Shown here: piece after piece, positions 1-9,319 of the stretch
How positions within the stretch are numbered: the stretch's first letter is position 1
How the letters are laid out: the number at the start of each line of letters is the position of its first letter
Assembly: GCA_964631575.1 (NCBI GenBank)
Contig: CAZVYD010000003.1
Location: 1-59,078, forward strand
Direction: 5' to 3'
From: an uncultured Candidatus Bathyarchaeia archaeon
GTDB taxonomy: Archaea; Thermoproteota; Bathyarchaeia; 40CM-2-53-6; JALHTG01
Length of the DNA stretch: 59,078 nt
Notes under the pieces: generated by a model
What the model was told of the DNA's origin: nothing
What the model saw: the letters and a program-made list of their open reading frames with translations, nothing else
Database searches by the model: none
Program-made: the position numbers and the translations under genes

Positions 1-1
1 G

Positions 2-105
2 TGGCGGGCCCGAGGGGATTTGAACCCCTGACCGTCAGGTTAAGAGCCTGCTGCTCTAGGCGATATTTCTGTTCTTGGTTCTCTACCTGGCTGAGCTACG
101 GGCCC
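2..105 (-). tRNA. tRNA-Lys(CTT) with a 27-nt D-arm intron (56..82, about position 22/23); CCA encoded
   Basis: Minus strand reads GGGCCCGTAGCTCAGCCAGGTAG[AGAACCAAGAACAGAAATATCGCCTAG]AGCAGCAGGCT-CTT-AACCTGACGGTCAGGGGTTCAAATCCCCTCGGGCCCGCCA. Removing the insert gives a standard cloverleaf; helix AGGT/GCCT with AGA bulges forms a BHB-like motif. Confidence 0.93.
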
Positions 106-275
106 GGTTGGTTGGCAAGTCTTTTCTAGGAAAAGGTTCTGCCTAAATAACCCTTTGGAAGATCACTCCCCTCTGCTATTTTCCGGATTTTCGATTCTAT
201 TCCGACGATGGATCCTGCTCATGTATTAAGCAAGAGATAAACCTGTGAATCAGGACTCATGCAGTTGAAGGGGGT

Positions 276-1091
276 TTGATGTTGAGCCAGCTCATAATTA
301 TCGGTCTTGGCTTAAACGATGAACGGGGCTTATCACTGAAGGGGCTCGATCTGGCTAGAGAGGCTGACTGTGTCTTCGCTGAGTTCTACACTAGCTTGAT
401 GCCTCAACTTGATGTCAGAAACTTGGAGAAGTTGATAGGAAAACCGATGCTTGTCCTCAAGAGAAGTGATGTGGAGGAGAACGCTCAGCACACGGTTCTG
501 GAGAAGGTGAGAGGCAAGAAAGCAGTATTCTTGGTTCCAGGTGATCCGATGTCGGCCACGACTCACATAGACCTCCGCCTCCGAGCAGAGAAAGCAGGAA
601 TCAGGACCAAGGTGATACCCGGGGCGTCAATCTTCTCGGCCATCTTGGCGCTAACAGGGCTTCAGGCGTACAAGTTCGGGAGGACAGTAACTCTGCCCCG
701 CCTCGAAACGGGAAAGATTCCCGAATCTCCATACGATCACATTAGGACAAACCTCCATATTGGCCTGCACACCCTGGCTCTTCTCGACATAGCAGTTGAA
801 AGATGCTACTGTATGCCCATCAGGGAAGGGCTTGAGTATATTCGGAAAGTGGAGCTGCAGCGAGCAGAGCACATAATCGGTGATAGTGGGCTTGTGGTTG
901 GAGTTGCAAGAGCAGGGGCAGACAACGCCGTTGTGAAGGCTGGAACGCTGAGCAGGCTCCTAGACTATGACTTCGGTGGGCCTCCGCATAGTCTTGTCAT
1001 ACTTTCTAAGCTTCACTTCGTGGAAGCCGAATCCTTAGAGACTCTCGCAGGCGCCAATCCGGAAGACCTCAAAGGTTACGTTTCACCATGA
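276..1091 (+). CDS. dph5: diphthine synthase
   Basis: IIGLGL, EFYTS, LVPGDPMSATTH, GLQAYKFGRTVT, GLHTLALLD and DFGGPPHSLV motifs typical of archaeal Dph5. Confidence 0.95.
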   Translation: MMLSQLIIIGLGLNDERGLSLKGLDLAREADCVFAEFYTSLMPQLDVRNLEKLIGKPMLVLKRSDVEENAQHTVLEKVRGKKAVFLVPGDPMSATTHIDLRLRAEKAGIRTKVIPGASIFSAILALTGLQAYKFGRTVTLPRLETGKIPESPYDHIRTNLHIGLHTLALLDIAVERCYCMPIREGLEYIRKVELQRAEHIIGDSGLVVGVARAGADNAVVKAGTLSRLLDYDFGGPPHSLVILSKLHFVEAESLETLAGANPEDLKGYVSP

Positions 1092-1154
1092 ACGCCAAGA
1101 CATGCATGAAGGTTGAGCGGCTCATAGAGATTGTAATCTCTGGGTAAGATATCC

Positions 1155-1439
1155 TTGACCGAAACACCACGCGAAAAAGCGAGAAAGTACCTAGCGTCGG
1201 TTGAAACAGTTCTGAGTAGAATAGAAATCTCCCAAGTCACTTCCGATATCAACGAAAGGTCCATTCGATCAGTGATCACTGCGGCCCGACTGTATGTCGA
1301 GGATGCAAAGCATTATCTCGAAGAGAAGCCTTCAACGGCTCTCGCTGCTGTCTCATATGCTGAAGGTTTACTAGATGCTCTCAGGCTGTTAGGAGTGGCA
1401 AAGTTCACTTGGCCAGAAGCTAGAGGCGATAAGCATTGA
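1155..1439 (+). CDS. DUF357 family protein
   Basis: A.LY.EDAKHYL...ALAAVSYAEGLLDALR.LG pattern; usual neighbour of dph5. Confidence 0.85.
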   Translation: MTETPREKARKYLASVETVLSRIEISQVTSDINERSIRSVITAARLYVEDAKHYLEEKPSTALAAVSYAEGLLDALRLLGVAKFTWPEARGDKH

Positions 1440-1888
1440 GGAGGAAGATTGTTCTTGCAACGGGGGCCTTCGACCTCCTTCACTACGGTCATCTGAATTT
1501 CCTTGAGGAGGCTAAGAGGGCTGGGGGAAGGAACGCCAAGCTGATCGTAATAGTTGCCAGAGACAGGACTGTTGAGGCTCGTAAAGGCAAGAGACCTGTC
1601 GTGCCTGAGGATCAGAGGCGCGCGTTGATCGAAGCTTTGAAGCCAGTGGATGACGTCATTCTGGGCTTTGAGGATATGAATTACGAGGCCGTCATTGAGA
1701 AGCTCAAGCCCAACGTAATCGCAGTGGGCTACGACCAGCTAGACATCAAGAGGTCTGTTGAGGAGATCATAAAGAAGAAGGGGCTGAGGATCAAAGTCTT
1801 TGAAGCAAGGAAATTCTCCGAAGATGATATAGATAGTTCCTCGAAGATTAAGAGGAGAGTGATAGAGCTTGAGAAGGACAGCTCGTGA
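1436..1888 (+). CDS. ribL: FAD synthase (cytidylyltransferase superfamily)
   Basis: ATGAFDLLHYGH (HxGH), VIVARD, IAVGYDQ and SSSKIK motifs; next to ribK. Confidence 0.8.
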   Translation: MRRKIVLATGAFDLLHYGHLNFLEEAKRAGGRNAKLIVIVARDRTVEARKGKRPVVPEDQRRALIEALKPVDDVILGFEDMNYEAVIEKLKPNVIAVGYDQLDIKRSVEEIIKKKGLRIKVFEARKFSEDDIDSSSKIKRRVIELEKDSS

Positions 1889-2300
1889 AGGTGCCAAGTT
1901 GATGCGTTTCACGTACACGGGAGTTCGCGTGAGGAACCTGAAGCGGTCTCTGCGATTCTATAAGAAGGTAATGGGGATGCGGGAGACCCTGAGAGGAAGA
2001 ATGAAGGCTGGAGGAATCTATGTTCAACTGAGAAGTCCCAGATCCAAACAGCTGTTGGAACTCAACTATTATCCTTCGAAGGCGAAGTACTACGAGCGCT
2101 ATGATTCGGGATCCGAGCTGGATCACTTAGCCTTCTGGACAAGAGATGTGGACAAGCGGTTTAGCGAGCTAACCTCCAGGGGCGCGAAGGTCGCTGTCAG
2201 GCCCTTCTCGGAGGACGGGTACAGGCTGGCGTTCGTCAAGGATCCTGACGGCATATGGATCGAATTGATAGGCTTGGACAGAAGAACCGAGCGGAAATAG
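1869..2300 (+). CDS. VOC/glyoxalase family protein (true start probably near 1902)
   Basis: VRNLKRSLRFY...GM, LELNYY, LDHLAF and FVKDPDGIWIEL motifs. Confidence 0.88.
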   Translation: MRRTAREGAKLMRFTYTGVRVRNLKRSLRFYKKVMGMRETLRGRMKAGGIYVQLRSPRSKQLLELNYYPSKAKYYERYDSGSELDHLAFWTRDVDKRFSELTSRGAKVAVRPFSEDGYRLAFVKDPDGIWIELIGLDRRTERK

Positions 2301-2313
2301 TAGGCGCATTCTC

Positions 2314-2976
2314 CTATCGGACGAAGCCGATCCTGACAGTGTCGCCATCTCTCAGGTTTAGTCTTTCTCGTAGGTTGACTGGAGCCAGAATCTCAAGTAC
2401 ATCCTCGCCGTAATGGCTTCGCAAAGCTGCTACGACAAACGCCTCCACTTCTTCATTGATCAATACCCGGTAGCATCTTCCTGCCCCAAAGCTCCTCGCC
2501 CCGTCTTTGAACCCCTCGATTTCGATGTAGCCGATTGACTCCAGAAGGCTCCGATCTTTTAGATGCTTCTTGCTCAGCCTCACATTCAGAGTTCCAAGGA
2601 AAGGGGTGAAGCCGAGCTTTTCTTGGAACTGTCGCATATATATTGGTTGACTCACGTAATACGCACCTTCTCCCAGACCTGAGAAGACCTCCCCTTCAAG
2701 AGTCAGTTCCGTCTTCGGTCCTTCAATGACTCTGTGCAAAGTGTGATACATCTTATTCAGTTCATTCATGCCCTTCTCCGTTATTCGAACGGTTTCGCCT
2801 CGCGTTGCTTTCTCTCGTTTGATCATGCCTTGATTCTCGAGTTCGATCAGGTGTCGTGAGACTGTCTGCTGTGAGAAGCCCAGTCTACTCGCGATGTTTA
2901 CTGTCGTGTGAGGCTCACTTGGGCGAGAAGTGACCTCCGCCAGCCTGTAGAGAGTGATCAGGAGCCAAGGCTTCAT
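2314..2976 (-). CDS. ribK: CTP-dependent riboflavin kinase with N-terminal wHTH
   Basis: HTH (SQQTVSRHLIELE) followed by GEVFSGLGEGAYYV, FLGTLNV and LEILAPVNLRE.L.L.DGD. Confidence 0.93.
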   Translation of the reverse strand: MKPWLLITLYRLAEVTSRPSEPHTTVNIASRLGFSQQTVSRHLIELENQGMIKREKATRGETVRITEKGMNELNKMYHTLHRVIEGPKTELTLEGEVFSGLGEGAYYVSQPIYMRQFQEKLGFTPFLGTLNVRLSKKHLKDRSLLESIGYIEIEGFKDGARSFGAGRCYRVLINEEVEAFVVAALRSHYGEDVLEILAPVNLRERLNLRDGDTVRIGFVR

Positions 2977-3653
2977 GGTGAGATAGCCTCTCTCATCTTG
3001 TTTGCCTCCGTGTGCGCCAAGCTGATTGGATCCTTAGGTCCAGAGAGACATCGCGAAACTATCCTTATCGAGTCTCGTAAAGAAATCTTATGCCCGACAC
3101 TGACATAGAATGGCTTTCCAGATCTTCTTCGAAGTATCTCTCCTACCGTTTCTCCTCGATCTTTCAGCTTGATTCCCACGACCGTTCCGCACAGTCTACT
3201 CTTCGCAACTCCAATTGTGGGAGCGTCCAATGCGATTCCAACGTGACACGCTAAGCCAAACCTTCTGGGATGAGCGTATCCGTGCCCATCAACCAAGTAG
3301 ACATCAGGGCTTTTCTTGAGTTTCATCGCTGCAGCGAGTATGATTGGGGCCTCACGAAACGCTAGAAAGCCCGGCACATACGGAAAGACAACCTGTCCGC
3401 GAGCGGTAGCGCTTTCCTTCGTCTCCATTGTCTCAAGGTTGACGGACACCGCGGCCCCGAAGGCCATCTTGCCGACATATGCTGAATCAAGGCCTGCCGC
3501 AACCTTCATCTTTCTGGGGAAGTTGCCTTTTCGCCTGACTAGTCTTCTCAATCTCATTTGCAGCTCTGCAGCTTGCTCTATCGAAAATCCTGGGGGCGGA
3601 GTGATCAAGCAAGTTCTATCTGCATCTGAACAGGTCCGCCTCATCTCACGCAT
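2973..3653 (-). CDS. nfi: endonuclease V
   Basis: GLDSAY, FPYVPGFLAFRE, VDGHGYAHPRRFGLACH, TIGVAKS and YVSVGH motifs. Confidence 0.95.
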   Translation of the reverse strand: MREMRRTCSDADRTCLITPPPGFSIEQAAELQMRLRRLVRRKGNFPRKMKVAAGLDSAYVGKMAFGAAVSVNLETMETKESATARGQVVFPYVPGFLAFREAPIILAAAMKLKKSPDVYLVDGHGYAHPRRFGLACHVGIALDAPTIGVAKSRLCGTVVGIKLKDRGETVGEILRRRSGKPFYVSVGHKISLRDSIRIVSRCLSGPKDPISLAHTEANKMREAISP

Positions 3654-3680
3654 ACCGTCGCTTGCTCAATCGCAACTGGG

Positions 3681-4349
3681 TTAAGCAGATGTGGCTTTCT
3701 TCTTCTTGACCTCGTTGTGAAGACTCTTGATGGCTCTCTCAAGTGATACCCTTCGAACCTCAGTGATGACATCGCCACGAGTGGATTCAATGATCCGCCT
3801 AGCTGAATCGGCCTTTACTCGGAAGGTCGGAACGATTGCCGTATGATCCAGAGCCAAGACATTCTCATAGAGCTCCTCCATTGTTCTCAAGGTTTTCTCT
3901 GCGTCGCTTGTCTTGCCTTTTCTGAGATGGTTGAGTGCTAGCCGCCTGAGTTCGCCAATCAAATCTAGGACACCTAAGATGTATGGAACTGGTTCCACTC
4001 CCACATCTTTCAATGAAGCTATTCTTCTGTTTCTCAGTAGGCCGTAGAGAAGCATCGCCTCGACATACTCTTGGTACGCCACAATAACGCTACCGGACTG
4101 CTTGAGTTCAGGTTTTCTTTTCAGAAGAGCTTTGATTCGTGAGAGGGACTTCTCGGCCTCTTTGAGAGAGTGTGCCGCTCGTTCCATCTCGTTTCTGTGC
4201 ATCTGGATGATTGACCAGTCAGATAATCTCGTGGCTATCCTAGAGGCTTCAAGTACTTTCTCACGAACTTCATCGAAACTAGTAAGCTCCTGTTGGATCT
4301 GCTTGAGATCCTCACTCGATATCAACGGTGCTACACCCACATGCCTCAT
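3681..4349 (-). CDS. translin/TRAX family protein
   Basis: QEYVEA and YILGVLDLIGELRR motifs in an all-helical protein. Confidence 0.88.
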   Translation of the reverse strand: MRHVGVAPLISSEDLKQIQQELTSFDEVREKVLEASRIATRLSDWSIIQMHRNEMERAAHSLKEAEKSLSRIKALLKRKPELKQSGSVIVAYQEYVEAMLLYGLLRNRRIASLKDVGVEPVPYILGVLDLIGELRRLALNHLRKGKTSDAEKTLRTMEELYENVLALDHTAIVPTFRVKADSARRIIESTRGDVITEVRRVSLERAIKSLHNEVKKKKATSA

Positions 4350-4585
4350 TCAATAAGGAAGATACTGCTAGATTAGTCATAAACTGTTTGTTCCAATTCA
4401 TCCTTATGCGTTAAGAGCAATCCTGTGCGTGGGCTTCAGGAGAGGAGCTCAGATATGTCGTAATTTGCGACAGCGAGACCCGTTTTCATGAGAAAGAACA
4501 ACGTGGACGCGATCTCTCAATGGAATGCTGCAGATTTCTTGGCTAAAGGTGAAAGAGATCTTTCGTTTTCTTTCTCTTTCTTGGT

Positions 4586-4903
4586 TCAGTGTCTTCCCTT
4601 GGCTTTCTTCGCGTCTTTGACGTAGTCAATTAATGTCCAGTTCTCGTGTTCCTCAAACCTCAAGTCGAGATGGCTGTAGAGTTTGCTCGCGATCAGCTTT
4701 TCAATGACAAGGGCTCCCGCGCCGAATAGGCTTTCCAAAGCTCTATGGAAGTCCTCGAGCCTCTCAGGTATCTCCTCAAGCCTAAGCGATGCGCTTTGCC
4801 CGACATGATGGTACACAACGTTCCTTACGCTCTCGCCGAGAACCTGTAAGCCGGAATCGACGGCCTGAAGCAGTGCCTTTCTGAACGCATCTGCCTTACT
4901 CAG
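4586..4903 (-). CDS. DUF3227/NitrOD5-like small helical protein, paralogue A; extended upstream of the ORF track to a probable CTG start
   Basis: The frame stays open upstream of 4816 and encodes LSKADAFRKALLQAVDSGLQVLGESVRNVV, which aligns with the N-terminal half of the other four paralogues; GGAGG lies upstream of CTG 4903. Confidence 0.8.
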   Translation of the reverse strand: MSKADAFRKALLQAVDSGLQVLGESVRNVVYHHVGQSASLRLEEIPERLEDFHRALESLFGAGALVIEKLIASKLYSHLDLRFEEHENWTLIDYVKDAKKAKGRH

Positions 4904-4927
4904 GGAACTCGCCCTCCATTGTCGCCT

Positions 4928-6409
4928 TTACACGATCGGTGTCAGCTGAGGCATCGGATAGCCCTTTGATATGTCCAGTTCAACTGCGAAGAGAGGAGCT
5001 CTGGGCTTGACGCCGTAAAGCAGCAGAGTGCCGTGTTCTCTGGCAAGCTTAAGGTAGATGTCTGCTATGGCTCCGAGCCTTCTGGCTGGTTCTTCGCGCC
5101 CCTCCTTCATTGTGATGATTCCCAAGGATTTGCGTTCTCTGATCCTGATAGCGTCTTGGCTGAGGATCCCCTCACACGCATTTTCCCCGTAATTTCTTAT
5201 CAATGTGTCCCCGCTGATAGCACTCATAGCCGGTTGACCGGTGTCTTGAACAAGCTTTTCTTCGAGCTTGAGGTATTCCGCATAGTCTTTCTGGTTGTCC
5301 TTTCCTTCGTAAACGGTTATGTAGGGTTTTCTCTGGTCTCGGCGTGGGCTTAGTTGCTCGTAAACCCTTAGGAGTCGATTGATCTCCTCCTCGGTGGCGC
5401 CGAAATCCAGCGCCATCTTCCTAGCCAATTCGGCGTCAACGCCAGGCCCGGGGATGAGCAGGATGCCTCTGCCTTGACCGCCAAAGTTCAACATGAGTGG
5501 CAAGACTACGAGATAATACTCATACGTCGACACTTTCTCAGCTCCCTCCAGAAGGATTGTTACGCCTCTAGGCAAGCCTCCCCCGAGCATTCTATCTAGA
5601 TCTCGCACACCTGTCGAGTACATGTTCGGTGGATCCTGAATAGGTTGGAACCGGCCTGCCCTCGCTGTAGGCTTCGGCTTGAATGGTGCGAAGGCTCTGA
5701 ATCCCCCTTCAAGAGTGAAAGCAAGCTTGCGTTCCGTCAGTCTCGTTCCTCTCAGCTTGACAAGCTCCAAGCTTCTCAGCAGTCTTCCATCAATTTCTTC
5801 GGTTTTGAGAAATATGATTCCGTCCGCCGTGAACTCTTCTGTGCCGGCTGAGACTTTGGATCCTAGTAGCGACTCTTCCTCCACCATGAAAGTCGTGCAA
5901 CCTGTCTCGCGGACAAGCCTGCTTAGAACGGTGTGGACGATGACTCTGACATCGATAGGCTCCTTGAATGCTTCGGCCATGGCTGTGAATGAATCTATGA
6001 CCAAGCGCTTTGCCTTTACGGCCTCAAGTTCCCTGAGGATTGTTTCTAAGGTTATGGATATGCCCGGCTCCTTCAAGGTAACCAAATCCAAGATCTTGAG
6101 TTTTCCCATGCTCTCTAGACGGCTGATATCCACACCTATATGTCTCGAAAGGTTTTCGACGAGAACTTCCCTGTTCTCTCCGAAGGAGACGTAGACGCCG
6201 TTTTCACCAGATTTGGCACCTTCAACCAGAAACTGAGTGGACAACACTGTTTTTCCGGTGCCCGGCCCCCCTGTGAGGAGGATCAGGTTGCCTCTTAGGA
6301 ATCCCCCCTCAGTTACTGCGTCTAGGCCTTGCACTCCGGACGAGATTCTCTCAACCAACGCAGGTCCGTCCGCAGTATATGTCTGGCGTTCCCTTGATAG
6401 GGTTTTCAT
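4928..6409 (-). CDS. KaiC/RAD55-like ATPase with an intact N-terminal and a degenerate C-terminal RecA-fold domain (GvpD-like)
   Basis: SSGVQGLD, GGPGTGKT (Walker A), YVSFGE, RLVIDS and KLRG in domain 1; domain 2 begins STGVRDLDRMLGGGLP but has no GKT. Confidence 0.9.
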   Translation of the reverse strand: MKTLSRERQTYTADGPALVERISSGVQGLDAVTEGGFLRGNLILLTGGPGTGKTVLSTQFLVEGAKSGENGVYVSFGENREVLVENLSRHIGVDISRLESMGKLKILDLVTLKEPGISITLETILRELEAVKAKRLVIDSFTAMAEAFKEPIDVRVIVHTVLSRLVRETGCTTFMVEEESLLGSKVSAGTEEFTADGIIFLKTEEIDGRLLRSLELVKLRGTRLTERKLAFTLEGGFRAFAPFKPKPTARAGRFQPIQDPPNMYSTGVRDLDRMLGGGLPRGVTILLEGAEKVSTYEYYLVVLPLMLNFGGQGRGILLIPGPGVDAELARKMALDFGATEEEINRLLRVYEQLSPRRDQRKPYITVYEGKDNQKDYAEYLKLEEKLVQDTGQPAMSAISGDTLIRNYGENACEGILSQDAIRIRERKSLGIITMKEGREEPARRLGAIADIYLKLAREHGTLLLYGVKPRAPLFAVELDISKGYPMPQLTPIV

Positions 6410-6419
6410 AATTGGGCTG

Positions 6420-6544
6420 TGGCGCCGGGAGGGGGATTTGAACCCCCGTGACCCATAAGGATCATCGGCTCTCTGCCTTGGGCTAGCAAGCCGACGCCCT
6501 ACCTGGTTTCCCGATCCGTAGATGAATCTCTAGGCGATCCCGGC
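6420..6544 (-). tRNA. tRNA-Ser(GCT) with two introns: 23 nt in the D-loop (6507..6529) and 13 nt at 37/38 (6471..6483); CCA encoded
   Basis: Minus strand reads GCCGGGATCGCCTAG[AGATTCATCTACGGATCGGGAAA]CCAGGTAGGGCGTCGGCTT-GCT-A[GCCCAAGGCAGAG]AGCCGA, then a long variable arm and GGGGGTTCAAATCCCCCTCCCGGCGCCA. Confidence 0.92.
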
Positions 6545-6706
6545 TTTCCGCCTTGCCTCTATCGTGGCCAGAGCCCAGCAGGTAGAATAATCTTTCTCTC
6601 AGGGGGCCTGCCGCATTTTCTGCCGTTCAGTTCAAGCATTATCACGGGGACCGGTAGGAGGTCGTAGTAAGGTTTTTTGCTGGTCTTGAGTTGATCTGTA
6701 GGTCTA

Positions 6707-8647
6707 GTGAGATACTTGCGTTCAAGGGTCTTCAGAGCTCTGCTAGTTCTTGTTCTCTGCATCTCAGTTCTTGGGAGTTCTCCGAGCAGACCAGCTCAGG
6801 CTAGGGGGGACGATTTCATATGTGCATATTCCTTGAACGCGCCAACGATCGATGGCACTTGGACGAGTGAAAATGAGTGGATGGATGCAACTGAATTCAA
6901 TGGTACTGAGAACAGCCAGTCATGCGTATTTCGATTGAAGCATGATGGTTATCGGCTGTTCATCTTGGTAGACCTCGCATGTGCGACGGCCAATACCAGT
7001 GTGTACACCGAGGTGCTTGTTGGGATTGATGTGAATTGCCAAGGCGGCGTTGCGCCTCAGAGCGATGACTACCTGTTTCGGATGCTATTCACCTCTGAAA
7101 GTTACGGCATCACGGAGACGATATTGTATAGTCAAGGAAACGAGATCGCATGGGTTAAGCCGAAGTACTTTCTGAAGATCAGCCCAGTTGCAGGGTTCGG
7201 AGTGGGCAACTTCTCCGCAGGAAAGAGCCCGTATTCGTCAGTTATACACTGGATCTGCGAGATGGAGATCTCGCTTAAGTTTCTTGAGGCAAGAGAGGCC
7301 TATGGCTTCTACATCTCCGCATACTATAGCTATCTCAATGCCTTGTTCGCGTTGCCGAAGAATGGATCGATTGAACGGCCGGACAGTTGGGGGAGGCTTG
7401 TCGGCTTCCGCTTCCCAGATCTATCCGTAGCCAAGATATGGATTGGAGATGCTTCCGGGAAATGGATCTTCCCGAAGCCCGAACAGGAATACTATTTTTG
7501 GGTTCTGGTTAAGAACATCGGGACAGCATCTGCCTTCGATTTCAAGCTCTCTTTCAGGATCATCCATGAGGATTATCCACAACACTTGGAGATGTATTCC
7601 GGCTTCCTAGAGTCAACTGGGGTACTTAATTCAACTCGGGATCGAAGATTTGCATTGTATGTCCCAGCCATGTATTCTTGGTTGAGGAGGCTTGGAGAGC
7701 ATCAGGTGAGAGTCGCCGTGAATGAGGATCGATCAACTCCGGAATTAAACTACAAGAATAACGAGCTGGTGAAGAACTTCCTCGTTGACTACGGCCATAT
7801 TCTGAGAGTCAGACTTCCGTATCAAGGTCTCACCGTGAAGATCGATGGTCATCCGTATGTGACCGATGAGAATGGAGAAGTCGGCGAGGCGTTGCTGCAA
7901 GGAAGACATGTAGTAGAGGTTCCCGGTGTAACCTTTCCGCTGTATGGAGTTGAGATCACGTTTCTCAGGTTCAGTGACGGCTACAACGCCACATCTCGGC
8001 CTTTCAATCTCAACGACGACATCGTTTTCGACGTGAAGTATACGGTACGCTACCTTCTTGAGGTGGAGTCAAAGCATGGGGTCGTCAGTGGAGCGGGGTG
8101 GATTCCGGCAGGAGCAATCGCAAACCTTTCAGTTGCGCCGTTGATCGACCTCGGTAACAGCACAAGAGTGGTGCTTGTGAAGTGGGTTCTGCCGGAGAAC
8201 GTGACTCATTTCGGGGACACAGCGAAGGTCAGAATGGATGGCCCGAGGAAGGTTCAGATTGTCTGGAAGAGGCAGTTCCTACTGTCAGTGAGATCTGAAT
8301 ATGGTTCTCCTAAGGGTTCGGGCTGGTATGACCAAGGGTCCCTTGCCTTCCTCGAAGTGGAAGAAGTCTGGGGAGTCGTCGTGGTTCATACGTTTCGAGA
8401 ATGGACTGGCGATGTTAGGGCAGTGACTGCCAAAGCTTCTGTCGTCATGGACTCTCCGAAAGAGGCAACGGCTCTATGGACGACCGACTACACCAGGCTG
8501 TATATTGTCTTGGCATATATCGCAGCAATGGCTTTGTTTGCGGTGTTCATTGCCTATAGGGCAAGGCGGCAAAGAAGAATGAAGCCGCCTGTACGTCGTC
8601 GCCGCGCTACGCCTGGTCAGACTTCTTTGACGCCGGCTCCGCATTGA
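6707..8647 (+). CDS. secreted, C-terminally anchored surface protein (sugar-binding-like N-domain, CARDB-like domain, two GxGWY beta repeats)
   Basis: Signal peptide; PTIDG..W..EW; PDLSV...VKNIG...ELNYKNN (CARDB); repeats; C-terminal TM helix and Arg-rich tail. Confidence 0.8.
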   Translation: MRYLRSRVFRALLVLVLCISVLGSSPSRPAQARGDDFICAYSLNAPTIDGTWTSENEWMDATEFNGTENSQSCVFRLKHDGYRLFILVDLACATANTSVYTEVLVGIDVNCQGGVAPQSDDYLFRMLFTSESYGITETILYSQGNEIAWVKPKYFLKISPVAGFGVGNFSAGKSPYSSVIHWICEMEISLKFLEAREAYGFYISAYYSYLNALFALPKNGSIERPDSWGRLVGFRFPDLSVAKIWIGDASGKWIFPKPEQEYYFWVLVKNIGTASAFDFKLSFRIIHEDYPQHLEMYSGFLESTGVLNSTRDRRFALYVPAMYSWLRRLGEHQVRVAVNEDRSTPELNYKNNELVKNFLVDYGHILRVRLPYQGLTVKIDGHPYVTDENGEVGEALLQGRHVVEVPGVTFPLYGVEITFLRFSDGYNATSRPFNLNDDIVFDVKYTVRYLLEVESKHGVVSGAGWIPAGAIANLSVAPLIDLGNSTRVVLVKWVLPENVTHFGDTAKVRMDGPRKVQIVWKRQFLLSVRSEYGSPKGSGWYDQGSLAFLEVEEVWGVVVVHTFREWTGDVRAVTAKASVVMDSPKEATALWTTDYTRLYIVLAYIAAMALFAVFIAYRARRQRRMKPPVRRRRATPGQTSLTPAPH

Positions 8648-8979
8648 TCGCAGTAGAGGGAGTTCGGGAGAAGGTCGCGGCCGCAGTAGCAGCAGTACCT
8701 TGGAAGGATTTGCGGTTCAGACGGTGCAGCTTCTCTTTCGTCTATGAGGATTCCAATTATCCGTGAAAGCTCTTTGCTGGTTTCAGTTAACGTGACAAGG
8801 ATCTCCTCCTTCAAGCTTCCCTTGGGGGCAGAAGTCCCTCCTTCCACCTTCGTCTCCCCTGTAGTCCCTTTCTTCTCGCTCTCTACTTCTTGGGACCCTG
8901 AGGGTTCCCTCACAGTTTTTGCCTTTCTCGCCTCGTCGATAAGCCATTCAATCTTGTCAGTCGGATTTGTCCGGGTCAT
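8617..8979 (-). CDS. small protein with a C-terminal zinc ribbon
   Basis: CCYCG...YCDQCG at the C-terminus; ATG at 8979 chosen as likely start within ORF 8617..9078. Confidence 0.65.
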   Translation of the reverse strand: MTRTNPTDKIEWLIDEARKAKTVREPSGSQEVESEKKGTTGETKVEGGTSAPKGSLKEEILVTLTETSKELSRIIGILIDEREAAPSEPQILPRYCCYCGRDLLPNSLYCDQCGAGVKEV

Positions 8980-9319
8980 CGTTTCTCTTCTTGACAACTG
9001 GTGTGACACTATCCTTTGGATATGTTGTGGGCTAGCGAATATTAATAGTTGGCCGCCATGATTGTGCCGCACGATCATTCGGGAATGATGGCTCTGTGAC
9101 GGGCTTTGGCCTTGTCTGGGCGATCCAGAGCCTCCTCTGAGCCTAAAATACGATATGCAGAGTTGGCGACATCTTGAACATGGTTCTACGGTAGGATTTG
9201 CTCGCAGGTATTACCATGATTGTGCGCAATGGTCGCAGTTGGTTTTGACGTGATTCGTAAGTTCTTCTACATAATTCTTTGAGCTTGTCCTTGGGAGGCA
9301 TCTCTTTGGGGTTGCGAGG

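Noticed and set aside
4904-4930. Sec/Pyl read-through joining KaiC and DUF3227
   Set aside because: The intervening stop is TAA, not TGA or TAG.
4928-6409. Circadian clock KaiC
   Set aside because: The second domain lacks Walker A and no KaiA or KaiB is present.
6420-6460. tRNA 3' end as an attachment site for an integrated element
   Set aside because: The similar GGGGATTTGAACCCC at 14-28 is the T-arm of the other tRNA. I found no separate duplicated tRNA fragment and no integrase.
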